DNA of 64,000 bases from an uncultured Verrucomicrobiae bacterium (GCA_963837955.1 CAWIPH010000002.1:160001-224000), one strand, 5' to 3'. Numbered from the stretch's first letter, positions 31,332 to 43,774 are shown. The notes: generated by a model from the sequence alone, not told the origin. A program made the numbers and translations.

Positions 31332-33768
31332 CTACTCTCTAAGGGCAGTGATCGGATTGATTCGGGTTGCCCGTGGCGCTGGTAAAAAACAAGCGAAGAA
31401 TGCGGCTAGACCAAGAACGACCGCAGCCGTCAGAAGTGTGATCGGATCGTTGGCCGATACCCCATAATAGCATACTTTCGATTAGACGCGTTAAAGCGAG
31501 CGCACTGACAATTCCGACGACCAACCCGATGCCGACTAGCTTAAGTCCTTGCCGGAATACCAATTCGAGAACGTTGGATGATTGTGCACCCAGTGCGACC
31601 CGAATGCCGATGTCACGTGTCCGTTGGCTGACAGAATAGGCCAGAACACCGTACAAACCAATCGCCGATAGGAATAGCCCAATGCCGGAAAAGATGCTTA
31701 CCAAAAGCACTGCCAGTCGCCGGGTCACAAATTTCTGGGCGATAAGGTCTTCGAAAGTGGTCAATTTAATGACAGGTATGTCTGGATCGATCGAGGCCAC
31801 CGCTTTTCGGATGGCGGGTATAAAGGTCAGTGGATCGCCTGCCGTACGCACGACTAAGACCTCAAAACCGACAAATCGTTGAGCGTACGGAAAGTAACCT
31901 TGAAACGGAGCCTGTTGATGATCCGGGGAGTTGTGCCGCACGTTTTCGGCGACACCGACAATCGTGCACGTTTTTTTGCCGTTCCATTGGCTTAGGTGAT
32001 CAATCTGCTTGCCAATGGGATCTTGGCCCGGGAAGAAGCGTAGAGCGAGAGCCTTGTCGATGATGGCAACGTTCTCGCTATCAAGCGTATCTCGGGCGTC
32101 GAAATCGCGTCCGCGTAACAAAGGAATTTGTAATGTGCGAAAATAGCTTGGAGAAACTTCTTGCGTGTCCATAGTCGGCTCCCGACCCGGTCCAGGATCA
32201 GGTTGCCCCGTCACAAGAAAAGGATCGGACTCACCGTAATCCCAGTTGAACGGTAAATCCCGGTTCATCGCTGCCTCGGTCACTCCCGGTAAACTGCGCA
32301 CCTTATCCAGCACAGTATCAAAGAATGGGGGCATTCGACGGAAGTCCGATGTGTACTTCGTACTCGTCGGATAAATCTCGGCAATAAGGACGTGATGCGG
32401 GTTGAAACCGAGCGGAACGTTTTGCGCCGCTTGAAAGCTGCGAGAAAGCAATCCGGCTGCAATCAGCAATACGCAAGCGAGCGCCACCTGAGCTATGATC
32501 AGGATGGACTGTGTTCGTTGCCGCTGTGGACCGACGGTGGCTGCACGTCCGTGTTCATCCTTGAGGGCTGACCCGAGATTAGCCTTCGAAAGACTCCACG
32601 CTGGCAGTAATCCGGACAGCAATGAGGCGAGCAAGGTCACGCTCGAGACAAAAAGCAACACCGTGGCATCCAGACCAATCTCCTGAAAGCGGTACAGATC
32701 CCGTGGACCGAATGCCTTGATCCCTTCAATTGCCCAAAAAGCGACAAAGATACCGACGATCCCTCCGACCAGCGATAGCAACGCAGTTTCTAGCAACAGC
32801 TGCCCAATCAGACGAAGGCGGGACGCGCCGAGTGCTGCTCGAATCGTCATTTCTTTTCTACGTTCGAGGGCTCTAGCGAAAAGCAGATTCGCAATGTTCG
32901 CGCTAGAAATTAACAAGAGGCAGCCGACGGCGGCTCCCAACAACCAAACCGTTCCGGAGTAATTGGATACCAGACTATCCAGAAACGGCGCAACCCGAAG
33001 GCCGTAGTTTTTATCCGTGTCTGGGTATCGAGCGATTAAGTTATTATGGATAACCTCTAAATCCGCCTGCGCTTGCTCCAGGCTAATGCCGTGTTTCAAT
33101 CGTCCAAGACAAAGAAAGACATGCAGATCACGCTGTTGCAGCTTGTATCCAAAACTCGGCATCACATTCACCGGTACGTAGAGAGCAATCGGAGGTGGAC
33201 CCGAATCGTCTGCTTGGGCCGGTGCAACGCCCGTAACTCGAAAGCTTTGATCACTAAGAGTTAGGCTCTTACCGATGATATTCGGGTCGGAGTTGAAACG
33301 GCTTCTCCAAAGCCATTCGCTCAGAACGACTACTGGTGGGCTACCGGGCTTATCTTCATCGTCAGTGAACGGGCGGCCAAGAATAAAAGAACGCCTCGTC
33401 AACTTGAAAAGGCTTGGGGAGGCGAAGACAACTCTAAGTCGCTCAGGTTCTCTTTTGCCGGTGAAATCGAACAAGTCGAAACACGATATGGAAAGGCTAT
33501 CGAAGGAGTGCTGCGCCGCGCAGACATCCAAGAAATCAGGATAGTCGAATCCCATGACGTTGGTATTCTGGAAAGGCATGGAGATCGTCACCAACCGTTC
33601 CGGCTCTGGGTAAGGCGCCGGTTTCAATAGAACAGCATCGATCAAACTAAAGATCGCCGTGTTTGCGCCGATACCGAACCCGAGGATCAGCACCGCGGTG
33701 ATCGTAAACCCCGGCGACTTAAGAAGTAGTCTTACCGTGTACCGCAGCTGTTGTAGAAAACCATGCAT
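31332..33768 (-). CDS. ADOP-like permease, copy 2 (one frameshift near 31465)
   Basis: Same motifs; removing one T at ATGCTATTATGG restores YGVSANDP..RATRINPITALRE*. Confidence 0.88.
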
Positions 33769-33801
33769 GGTTCTGGGGGTAATTTTGTTGGGATGCCATC
33801 G

Positions 33802-36246
33802 CTATTCCCTCAGCGCTGTGATTGGATTGATCCTCGTCGCGCGCAGCGCTGGTAATAAACAGGCCAGTAAAGCGGCTAACCCCAGCACGAGCACGCTCAG
33901 ACCGAGAGAAATCGGATCGGCTGCCGAGACGCTGAATAACATGCTTTCCATGAGATGGCTCAGCGCTAGTGCGGCTACAAGTCCGATCACCAATCCGATA
34001 GCGACGATCTTCAGACCGCGCTGAATCACCAATTTAATGATGTTCGATCGTGGCGCTCCCATCGCCATTCTCACACTGATCTCCTGTTTGCGGAGACTTA
34101 CCGAATAGGAAAGCACACCGTACAAACCAACGGACGCAAGAAAGAGGGCGACTCCCGAGAATATACTAACGACCGTCATCCCGAGCCGACGGGACACGAA
34201 CGCTTTTTGGACCAAATGATCAAAAGTGTCGACATCCGACAGCGGCAAAGTGGGGTCAATTGTGGCGACCGACTCTCGGACGGCACCTATCAAGGATAGC
34301 GGGTCACCCTCGGTGTGTAGCACCAGTGTCCCAAAATCTATTGGACGCAGCGGCGCATATGGATCTTGAGCGTAGAGGTAATAGGCTTGGAAGGGAGTCC
34401 ATTGAGCGTCGGGACTGTCGTGTTGTATATTCGGTACGACGCCGACAATCGTATAAAAATTCTGCTTCAGGCCAATGCTGTTGGTGTCGTGGATCTGTTT
34501 TCCGATAGCGTCCTGGCCAGGGAAAAAATGTTGAGCAAGGCTCTCACTGACAATAACTGCTTTCTGTTTGTCAGCTTGGTCCTCCTCATCAAAAAGTCGT
34601 CCACGTAGCAGTGGAATCCCGACGGTGCGAAAGTAATCGCGTGACACAATTTGACTTTCCAAGAGGGGCTTATGCTCGAGGTTGGGATCGGGTTGGCCGG
34701 CGATTCCAAAAGCAGCGCCGACCGAACGGGTAAAGGGTAATGCATCGTCTAACCCGGCGGAAATAACACCAGGCAAATGACTAACCTTATCAAGCAGCGC
34801 ATCGAAGAAAATTTTGCGCGCCGGTTGAGAGGAATACTTAGTGCGGGCGAGGTAGACATCTGCTGTAAGGATATGGTCGGTCTTGAATCCAAGAGGGATA
34901 CTCTGAAGGGCCTGAAGACTGCGGGCCAAGAGACCGGCTCCGGTTAAGAGAATGCATGTAAGCGCAACTTGTCCTGCAACCAGGATTGCTTGGCTCCGTT
35001 GCCGTTGTGGACCAGCGGTTCCGGCCCGCTCACCTTCCCGTTTTAGAGCGGAAGTTAGATTCGTTTTTGGAACGGTCCACGCGGGAAAAAGCCCCGACGC
35101 AAGGGCAGTGAAAAGCGTTACAGCGACAACGAATGCCAGCGAACCGCCATCTAGCCGGATCTCCTGAAAACGCAGAACGTCCGGAGGAGCGAGTTCCTTG
35201 ATTGCCTCCAGAGCCCCAATCGCCATTAGCAGGCCGATGATTCCTCCAGCTGTAGCTAGGACTGTGCTCTCGGCCAAAATTTGACTAGCAAGTTTGATTC
35301 GACTCGCTCCAAGAGCTGCCCGGATAGTCATTTCTTTTCGGCGTTCCTGAGCTCTGGCAAGGAGCAAATTCGCGACATTGGCACAAGTAATGAGAAGCAA
35401 ACAAGTCACGGCGCCTTCAAGGAGCCAAACAGTCGCGGAGTAATCGGTGACCACGCTATCAAGATAGGGAACGAGTCGGATTCCAAATCCGGCATCTGTC
35501 GCCGGATAGCTGGCCACCAGGTTCTGGCGGATGACCTCTAAGTCGGCTTGCGCCTGCTGCAAGGTGACCCTGTCTTTGAGCCGACCGATACACGAATAAA
35601 AGGAAGCGCCTCGCCGGATCTTTTTGGAAGAGTCGAAATCGGGATCCTGGCTCAGCGGGACATAGAGGTCGACTTTCGCCGATTCGTCTGCTTGCCCGGG
35701 CGTAACGCCGATCACTTGGAAGTTCTTCGAATTGAGCGAAACGTGGGTGCCGACGATCTTCGGATCTGCGTTAAAACCGCTTCGCCAAAGATGTTCGCTA
35801 AGCACAACCACAGCAGGCGCGTCCGGCCGGTCGTCTGTTTCGACTATTGGACGCCCCATCAGGAACGGGCGGCCAAGGACTCTAAAGAAAGTGCCGGAAA
35901 CGTAGACACCGCTGATCCGTTGAGGGTCTCCTTGACTCGCAAGATTAAAGTCATCGTAAGAGAACGCCGCTAGGCCATCAAACGTGCGTTGGTTTGTGCT
36001 GTAATCGACAAAATCTGGGTAATCGAACCCGCCCGTGTCGAAGTTTCGAAAAGGCCGGAAAATCTGCACTAGTCGATCGGCCTTCGGATAAGGCAACGGC
36101 TTGAGCAATACGCAGTTGATGAGGCTAAAGATCGCCGTGTTGGCACCGATTCCAAACCGAGAATCAGAACCGCGGTGATGAGTAAATCCAGGCGACTTGA
36201 GAAGCGGTCGAAGCGTGTAGCGCAGGGATTGAAGAAAACCGTGCAT
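33802..36246 (-). CDS. ADOP-like permease, copy 3 (compensating indels near 36160-36180)
   Basis: 814-aa ORF; FTHHRGSDSRFGIG stands in place of the conserved FTITAVLILGFGIG. Confidence 0.9.
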   Translation of the reverse strand: MHGFLQSLRYTLRPLLKSPGFTHHRGSDSRFGIGANTAIFSLINCVLLKPLPYPKADRLVQIFRPFRNFDTGGFDYPDFVDYSTNQRTFDGLAAFSYDDFNLASQGDPQRISGVYVSGTFFRVLGRPFLMGRPIVETDDRPDAPAVVVLSEHLWRSGFNADPKIVGTHVSLNSKNFQVIGVTPGQADESAKVDLYVPLSQDPDFDSSKKIRRGASFYSCIGRLKDRVTLQQAQADLEVIRQNLVASYPATDAGFGIRLVPYLDSVVTDYSATVWLLEGAVTCLLLITCANVANLLLARAQERRKEMTIRAALGASRIKLASQILAESTVLATAGGIIGLLMAIGALEAIKELAPPDVLRFQEIRLDGGSLAFVVAVTLFTALASGLFPAWTVPKTNLTSALKREGERAGTAGPQRQRSQAILVAGQVALTCILLTGAGLLARSLQALQSIPLGFKTDHILTADVYLARTKYSSQPARKIFFDALLDKVSHLPGVISAGLDDALPFTRSVGAAFGIAGQPDPNLEHKPLLESQIVSRDYFRTVGIPLLRGRLFDEEDQADKQKAVIVSESLAQHFFPGQDAIGKQIHDTNSIGLKQNFYTIVGVVPNIQHDSPDAQWTPFQAYYLYAQDPYAPLRPIDFGTLVLHTEGDPLSLIGAVRESVATIDPTLPLSDVDTFDHLVQKAFVSRRLGMTVVSIFSGVALFLASVGLYGVLSYSVSLRKQEISVRMAMGAPRSNIIKLVIQRGLKIVAIGLVIGLVAALALSHLMESMLFSVSAADPISLGLSVLVLGLAALLACLLPALRATRINPITALRE

Positions 36247-36274
36247 CTGTTTATGGGGATAAGCGAACGTAAAA

Positions 36275-38684
36275 CTATTCTCTGAGCGCCATGATCGGGT
36301 TGATCCGCGTGGCGCGCATCGCCGGCAGCAAACAGGCCACGAACGCGGCTAAGCCAAGGATGAGCACGCTTATAGTCAATGAGATGGGATCGGTTGCTGA
36401 GACGCCATACAAGACATTCTCAATCAGGTGACCAAGCAACAAGGCCGATACAATTCCGATGACCACTCCGATTGCGACTAGACGCAGCCCTTGGCGAGTC
36501 ACCAAGGAGAGGATATCGGATGACCGCGCACCGAGGGCAATGCGAATACCCAAGTCTCGAGTTCGTTGGCTGACTGAATAAGCTAACATCCCGTATACGC
36601 CGATGGCGGACAATAAAAGTGCAGCACCGGAAAACAGGCTCACCACGAGCAGACTTAGTCTTCTAGTCACAAGTCTCCCAGCAATCACATCCTCATAAGT
36701 GTTCGTCCGGCCTATCGCGACGTTTGGATCGATCGAGGCGATAACTTTTCGCAGATCCGTGGTAAGCGCGAGGGGATCCCCCTTTGAACGCAGCAACAAG
36801 ACCTCGTCAGCGCGACTGGATTGATTGTATGGAAAATAAGCTTGGAAACCGCTTTCCTCATCTCCGGGGCTCATGTAGCGGATGTGCGGAACTACCCCAA
36901 CAACTGCATAATCTTCAGCACCCGGGAGCTTGATCACTTTGCCGATGGCGTCCTGACCAGGCCAACAGCTTTGCGCCAGTGCTTCGTCGACGATGATCAC
37001 CTTTTGGGAATCCATTCTGTCTTGCGTTCCGAAATCGCGCCCGTGCAACAGCGGGATCTGGAGCGTTCGGAAGTAGTCCGGTGAAACCATCTGCCAGTCC
37101 AAAACCGGCTGTCGCCCGGGGCCGGGATCGGGTTGCCCGTCTATCGTGAAAGGAACCATGATCTCGAACCCATTTTTCAATGGCGGATCGGAATTCATGC
37201 CCGCTGCCTCAACGCCGGGAAGTTGGCGAACCTTCGCCAGTACTTCGTCCCAAAAACTCCGTGTTCGAACCTTATCTGATATATACTTCGCGCTGGTTAG
37301 CGAGAGTTCAGCAGTCAGAACTCTATACGGAATAAATCCGAGAGGAGCGCTCTGAGCCTCCGCAAAGCTACGAGCAAGTAAACCCGCACCAATGAGCAGC
37401 ACACAGGCTAACGCGATTTGTCCTATTACTAGGAGGGACTGCGCTCTTTGCCGCTGTGGCATTGAATGAAAGACTGCCTCATATTTAAGTACAGAAACGA
37501 CATCTGCTTTCGAAAGTCTCCACGCTGGCAAAAACCCCGAGAACAATGAGATAAATGCCGTCAACGCTAGAACGAACAGCAGAGCGCTATGGTCAATCGC
37601 TACCTCATTGAGGCGATACAGATCCGACGGACAGATACTTTTGATCGCTTCAATCGCCAAAAGAGCGATAAAAACTCCAACGATTCCGCCGAAGAGTGAT
37701 AAGAAGGCGGTTTCAAAGAGCGATTGCCCCACAGAAGCCGCAGCCGCGTTCCGCCAAGCGCGGAGCGAATGGTCATTTCTCGTCGGCGCGCCACGCCTCG
37801 CGCATACAGAAGATTTGCTATGTTCGCGCTCGAGATTAGCAAGAGACACCCTGCTGCTGCGCCCAGCAGCCAAATGCTCCGTGAATAGTCGATTACGACC
37901 CGATCCTGGACCGGGACGAGGCGCAAACCGTACCCGCTGTCTACGTCTGGGTACCGAGCAATCAAGTTGTTATGAATGGCCTCCAGTTCCGCCTGGGCTT
38001 GAGCAATGCTGACACCTTTTTTCAGCCGGCCAATACAGTCCACAAAATGGCCGTCCCGTTCCGAAAGCGAGTAGTTCAATACGGTCGTGAGCGCATTTAT
38101 CGGTACATACGCATCAGCGACCGGGGGTCCCCAATCGTTGATCTGAGTGGAGCAACACCGATTACCTGAAAGGTCCAGCCACTGAGCGTGATGCTTTTGC
38201 CAACTATCGCCGGATCGGGTTGGAAATGTCTCCGCCAGAACCGCTCGTTCAGAACAGCGACAAGCGGTCCGTGCCAAACATCCTCTTGCTCAATAAACGG
38301 GCGCCCCATAGTAATGGGAAGCCCCGTGACCTTAAAGAATGTTGATGAAACAAAGTCAACCTGAACATGTTTAGCTTGCTCCAATCCACCGAGATCAAGC
38401 GTCTGTGGGGCTGCGACTGCAAGGCTATCAAATGTGTGTTCCGCGCTGGCTATGTCCACATAGTCAGGATAATCAGTCCACTTAGCGTATCTTTCTGATA
38501 GGGCATACACACCTCCACGAGCCGATCTGGGTTCGGGTAAGGTAGTGGTCTGAGCAATACCGCGTCGATCAGGCTAAAGATGGCGGTGTTGAGCGCCGAT
38601 ACCGAAACCGAGGATCAGGATCGCCGTGATGGTAAATCCAGGCGACTTGAGCAGGAGACGGAGGGTGTGGCGAATGGGGGACAC
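36275..38684 (-). pseudogene. ADOP-like permease, copy 4, multiply frameshifted (pseudogene or sequence error)
   Basis: Fragments in ORFs 38097-38510, 37600-38277 and 36275-37873; N-terminus [18 protein letters not shown] near 38680. Confidence 0.8.
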
Positions 38685-38733
38685 GTGGTGGAGTGAGCGG
38701 TGGAAGACGTAGCTGGTGATTAGTGAGAGGCGA

Positions 38734-38850
38734 GTAATCAGTAATCAGTAGGTCAGTAATCAGTAACAGAGAGGAGCTAGGAGGTTCAATTTTTGCGTTC
38801 TTTGCGTTTTTTTTTGCGGCTATTCTTCTTGGCTATCGGCTATTGGTCAC
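38734..38850. repeat. Heptamer (CAGTAAT) and TTTGCGTTC-type REP-like repeats
   Basis: GTAATCA GTAATCA GTAGGTCA GTAATCA GTAACA; TTTTGCGTTCTTTGCGTTTT; GGCTATC GGCTATT. Confidence 0.6.
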
Positions 38851-38864
38851 TCGCGCGTAGTGCG

Positions 38865-41313
38865 CTATTCGCGCAACGCTGTCAATGGATTGATGCGTGT
38901 CGCTCGGAAGGCAGGTAACAAACAGGCAATCAAAGTCGTAAAACTGAGCACGAGCACGCTAAGCCCTACAGAGATCGGATCCTCAACAGAAACTCCATAG
39001 AGAATGCCGGCCATTAAGTGCGAGAGCGCCAGGGCCGCGACAAGTCCAATCATCAGGCCCACGCCAACGAGTGTAAACCCTTGTTTAACCACCAATTGGA
39101 TAATGTTCTTTGAATCGGCTCCTAGGGCGACGCGGACACCGATCTCGCACTTCCTTTGAGCGACGGAATACGATAGGACACCGTACAATCCAACCGCGGC
39201 TAATAGCAGAGCGGCTCCGGAAAAGAGACTAACCACCGTTGCTGCCAGGCGCTTGGTTGCAAATGACTTTCCGATAAAATCGTTGAACGGGTCAACGTTT
39301 GATAGCGGCAGGTTCGGATCAATCGATGCTACCACTTTCTCGAGTGATGCGATCAGCAAACGAGGATCGCTTTCGGTGCGGATTACTAGCGTCCCCCAAT
39401 TGATCGGATTGGGCCACACGTTTTGAGAGTAAGGAAAATAAGCCTGAAAGGGCGACTGTTGGGATTCAGGGTTGTTATGCTGAACATTCCCGACTACACC
39501 GATAATGGTAAACAGATGGCGTTCAGGAGCACCGACATCGATGTCGGCACGGTCGTGAAGCTGTTTCCCAACAGGGTCCTCACCAGGAAAGAAACGCTGG
39601 GCAATGCTTTGGCTAATAATCACTACTTTCTCTTTATCCGGACCATCTTGGTCCGTAATCAAGCGTCCTTTCAGTAAGGGGACCTCCGCCGCTCTGAAAT
39701 AGTCAGGCGTGACCCACTGCCAGTCCAAGCCCGGCACCTCGCTGGTATTCGGGTCCGGTTGACCGGCAATGCCGAAACCGACGGCGTTACTATCGAAGAA
39801 AGGGAGGTCGCTATTGAGCCCCGCTGCTATTACGCCGGGTAATTGCCTCACCCTGGTGAGCACGGGGTCGAAGACGGCTTGGCAGGCGACCTGAGTCGAA
39901 TACTTGGCTTCCGAAAGATTGATATAGGCAGTCAGGACATGACTTGGATTGAAGCCAAGAGGAGCGTTTTTCAAAGCTTGAAAACTGCGAGCGAGGAGGC
40001 CGGCGCCAATCAAAAGAACAGAAGTTAGCGCCACCTGCCCGGTCACCAAAAAGGCCTGGCCACGATATCGCTGGCGACCGGGCGTGCCACCGCGGTTCCC
40101 TTCCTCTTTAAGCGCTGAAGCGAGGTTAGTGCTCGAATTCACGAGCGCGGGGAAAAGCCCCGAACCTAGCGCCGTCAGGGCCGTGATAATCACAACGAAT
40201 GCTAAGCTGCCGCCATCGAGTTTAATCTCTTGAAAGCGCGAGACATCCTCTGGCGCCAAAGCCCTGACTGCATCCAGCCCCCAAGCCGAGAGCAGCAAAC
40301 CGACAAGTCCTCCGGTAGCAGCGAGCGGTAAGGTCTCGATCAAGAGCTTGGGCAATTAGTCGCAGCCGGCTGGCGCCTAAAGCGGAGCGGATATTGAGTT
40401 CTCTCCGACGTGCCTGGGCCCGTGCTAACAACAAATTAGCGACGTTCGCACAAGTAATTAAAAGGAGACAGACCACGGCGGCCTCTAATATCCAAAGCGT
40501 CGCCGTATAGTCGTTCATGACACTATTCAGATAAGGAACGACGCTAATGCCAAAAGCTTTATCCGTGTCAGGATAGCGGTCAGCGAGATTCCGCCGGATC
40601 ACCTCCAGGTCGGCTTGAGCTTGGCCGACCGTGGTGCCTGGCTTAAGCCGGCCGACGCAAGAAAAGTTGTGACTACCTCTTTGCGTGGTGACCCAAGTGC
40701 CGAAATCGGGACTCTGACCCAAGGGAACATAAAGATCGACTTTTGCTGACTCGTTGGCTTGTGCCGGCGTCACTCCAATCACTTGAAACCTTTTTCCATT
40801 CAGCGTGAGATTGGCCCCAATCAAGCTCGGGTCCGAGTGGAATCGAGTTCGCCAAAGATGTTCACTGATAACGACTACCCCAGCGACGTCAGGCTTATCC
40901 TCACCTTCCCCAAACGGGCGACCCACCAAAAATGGACGACCTAACACTCTAAAGAAATTCCCGGTCACATATAAGCCGCTGATGCGCTCCGCGGCCCCTC
41001 GACCGGAAAGAGCAAAGTCGGCGTTCTGATAAGCACTCAGACCGTCAAAACAGTGTTGGTTAGCGCTAAAATCGAGGTAGTCAGGAAAATCGAAGGGAAC
41101 GCGATCAAAATTGCGGCCTGGTTGAAAGAGTTGTACCAGACGTTCTGAATCCGGATACGGTAGCGGCTTCAGTAAAGCTCCGTTGATCAGGCTGAAAATT
41201 ACGGTATTGGCGCCAATACCAATGCCCAGGATAAAAACCGCCGTGACAGTGAATCCCGGCGTTTTAATCAGCAACCGGAGCGTGTGGCGGAGATGGGAAA
41301 TTACGCTTCGCAT
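38865..41313 (-). CDS. ADOP-like permease, copy 5 (one frameshift near 40350)
   Basis: ORFs 40222-41313 and 38865-40355 join at RLIAQ/LLIET. Confidence 0.88.
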
Positions 41314-41350
41314 TGGAGATCAGTCTTAGTTTCTGGTTTTTAGATTTGTT

Positions 41351-41818
41351 TCACTCACGTAAAGGGGTAATGGGATTGATTCGCGTGGAGCGGAGGGCTG
41401 GTAATAAGCAGGCGATCAAAGCGGCAAGGCCAAGAACCGGAACACTCAGACCGATAGACACCACATCGATAGCGGACACGCCGTAGAGAATGCTGGCTAT
41501 GAATTGGGAAAGAGCCAGAGCTGCCGCCAGGCCGGTCGCTAATCCGATCCCTACTACGATCAATCCCTGTCTGGAATCGAGATAGTCAGGATAACTAAGC
41601 CGGACGTGTTGCAGATCCCGGAATGGCTCGAACAGCTGGACGAGACGCTCGGGATGCGGGTACGCAAGCGGTTTCAGCAAAACGTTATCGATCAGGCTGA
41701 AGATTGCCGTGTTCGCGCCGATACCTAAGCTCAGTATCAGGACGGCAGTAAGTGTAAATCCAGGCGACTTGAGCAGTAGCCGCAGCGTGTATTGCAGATG
41801 TGCTAGTACGCCTTGCAT
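41351..41818 (-). pseudogene. Internally deleted ADOP permease (copy 6, 155 aa, in frame)
   Basis: N-terminal about 80 aa to YPDYLDS fused directly to C-terminal [14 protein letters not shown]. Confidence 0.8.
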
Positions 41819-42027
41819 TTCTCCGGTGTTCTCCAAAGGAGGGGCACATCTTATGCCAACAAAACACTTGGAGCGCTCGCCTCCGTTTAGCAGGGTGTAT
41901 TCCGAAAGGTCGTGGAAAGCCGTCTCAAAGTGACACCGAATCGTCTCATTTTGGGACTGAGATGTTAGTATTTTGCTCGCTAGGGATTTAACGGTGACTA
42001 CTGGTTCCTCTTTGAAACCTGAGGCGA

Positions 42028-42171
42028 TCAAAGGCTGTCAGGTGGTGTGACCGTGTCGAGTGCCGAGATGATCTGTTGGATAGCTTGATCCAACGAGAGC
42101 TAATGGGTGTCTATTTCAACATCGTATTCTGACTCTCTGTGAACGATCGAAGCTTGATAGTGGGCCAAGCC
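42028..42171 (-). pseudogene. C-terminal remnant of a chloramphenicol phosphotransferase (CPT)-like protein
   Basis: Manual translation GLAHYQASIVHRESEYDVEIDTH*LSLDQAIQQI matches the GLA..Q...VH....YD.E.DT pattern; internal stop. Confidence 0.45.
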
Positions 42172-42466
42172 GCCCCTCAAAATCAACAAATGCTCGGTCG
42201 ACCGCTGTACTTACCGCCTGAGCAGGTTGTCCGACTCAGCCACCAGGTCGCCGCGTTTTCATAGTGTAGTCGGATCAATTCCGGGGTTCTCTACATCTCT
42301 CAGGATTTTTTTCGCGGCTGGTGCCCAAAGGGATGTTTCACCGCTACTTACCTCTGCAATTTTCCCAGAGCTCGCGTTTGCTTGCACGTGATCTCCCCGG
42401 TGCTCTGAAGACTTGGGCGGCGTCCCGGCGTAACGGACGGTAATCAGAGGGTTGGTCGCATCGCGT

Positions 42467-42525
42467 GGACGATAATCGTCCGTTTTATGGTTGATAATCA
42501 TCCATATAATGGTTGATTATGTGGT
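42467..42525. repeat. Array of GGNNGATWATCNNCC palindromes at 22-bp period (left)
   Basis: GGACGATAATCGTCC at 42467, GGTTGATAATCATCC at 42489, half-box GGTTGATTAT at 42511. Confidence 0.85.
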
Positions 42526-43774
42526 GCTGATTCATCGCAATATTACCGCTAATTTGCTTGAAGCTTTGTCGGATACGCCGGTGGTGATGGTGAACGGCGC
42601 TCGACAGACCGGTAAGAGTACGCTGGTGCAATCCAAAGAACTGGAAAGGCGTCAATACTTGACGTTTGACGATGTTGGTGTTGTGGCAGCGGCCAAGGGT
42701 GATCCCATCGGGTTCATTGCCGGTCTGGGTCCCAAAGTCACTCTTGATGAAATACAGCACGTTCCCGAGCTGTTTCAGTCGATCAAACTTGCGGTCGACC
42801 GCGAGCGGGAACCTGGACGGTTCTTGTTGACGGGCTCGGCAAACTTAATGGTTTTACCCAGGCTTTCAGAGTCACTTGCGGGCCGCATGGAATTATTGAC
42901 ACTCTGGCCGTTTTCACGTGGCGAAATCCAAGGGAATCGGGAGACGTTTATCGACAATCTTTTCTCGAGTAAACCTGTCTGGCCGACTCTCAAGAAAGGT
43001 GCATCGATCAAACGCTCTGCAATCATCGAGTTGATGTTAGCCGGCGGTTACCCTTCCGCGCTCGCTCGTCAAAGCAGAGCCCGCCGTAGGGCATGGTTCG
43101 AATCGTATCTAACCACTATATTGCAGCGCGATGTTCGTGACCTTTCTAACATTGACGATTTGAGCGCTGTTCCCAGGCTCCTTTCTGTAGTAGCCAGCAG
43201 AGCCGGTGGGCTGCTTAACTACGCTGATTTATCGAGGACGCTAGGTCTGCCGCAGACGACTCTGAAACGGTATTTCGCTTTGCTGGAAATGACGTTCTTA
43301 GTTCAGTTGCTACGACCCTGGTCGGGTAATCTTGGCCAACGGAGTATTCGAACGCCAAAAGTGTATTTGAATGATACCGGGTTACTTGCGCATCTTTTGG
43401 CTTTGACCCCAGAACGGTTGGAGACGGATCCCAGCCTGGCCGGCGCGCTCGCCGAAAACTTTGTGATGATGGAGCTGGTTAAACAATCAGCGTGGAGCGA
43501 GACGATGCCCAAGATTTTCTTTTGGCGCACCGCATCGGGGAGGGAAGTCGATATCGTTCTGGAGGATAACGCAGGACGGATTGTGGGCCTTGAAGTGAAG
43601 GCGGCGGCGACGCTAAATGCAAACGATATAGCAGGGTTAAGCGCTTTGGCCGCGGAGGTTGGGAAGAAATGGATTCGTGGCATTGTGTTGTACACTGGTC
43701 TAGAGGTGATCCCTTTCGGGAGTAATCTGCATGGTGTACCCCTGCAGACGCTGTGGCAGCCAATCGGTAGATAA
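42509..43774 (+). CDS. AAA+ ATPase (AAA_14) with DUF4143 and C-terminal PD-(D/E)XK-like domain
   Basis: Walker A GARQTGKST, Walker B LDEIQ, FLLTGS, ESLAGR, GGYP, PKVYL.DTGL, REVDIV..GLEVKA; start 42509 or GTG 42521/42524. Confidence 0.92.
   Translation: MVDYVVLIHRNITANLLEALSDTPVVMVNGARQTGKSTLVQSKELERRQYLTFDDVGVVAAAKGDPIGFIAGLGPKVTLDEIQHVPELFQSIKLAVDREREPGRFLLTGSANLMVLPRLSESLAGRMELLTLWPFSRGEIQGNRETFIDNLFSSKPVWPTLKKGASIKRSAIIELMLAGGYPSALARQSRARRRAWFESYLTTILQRDVRDLSNIDDLSAVPRLLSVVASRAGGLLNYADLSRTLGLPQTTLKRYFALLEMTFLVQLLRPWSGNLGQRSIRTPKVYLNDTGLLAHLLALTPERLETDPSLAGALAENFVMMELVKQSAWSETMPKIFFWRTASGREVDIVLEDNAGRIVGLEVKAAATLNANDIAGLSALAAEVGKKWIRGIVLYTGLEVIPFGSNLHGVPLQTLWQPIGR

Noticed and set aside
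31309..36260. Shared CCC(C)AGAAC-like motif before ADOP start codons as an array-specific signal
   Set aside because: A similar CCCCCAGAAAA precedes the unrelated binding-protein gene at 12229, so it is likely a general non-Shine-Dalgarno start context
28867..41818. Diversity-generating retroelement or shufflon acting on the permease array
   Set aside because: No reverse transcriptase or recombinase gene, no near-identical TR/VR pair with adenine-specific changes, and all copies are on one strand
42259..42466. Possible IS3-like integrase C-terminal remnant on the minus strand (AMRP..DYRP)
   Set aside because: The resemblance is too short and needs frameshifts; no terminal repeats were identified
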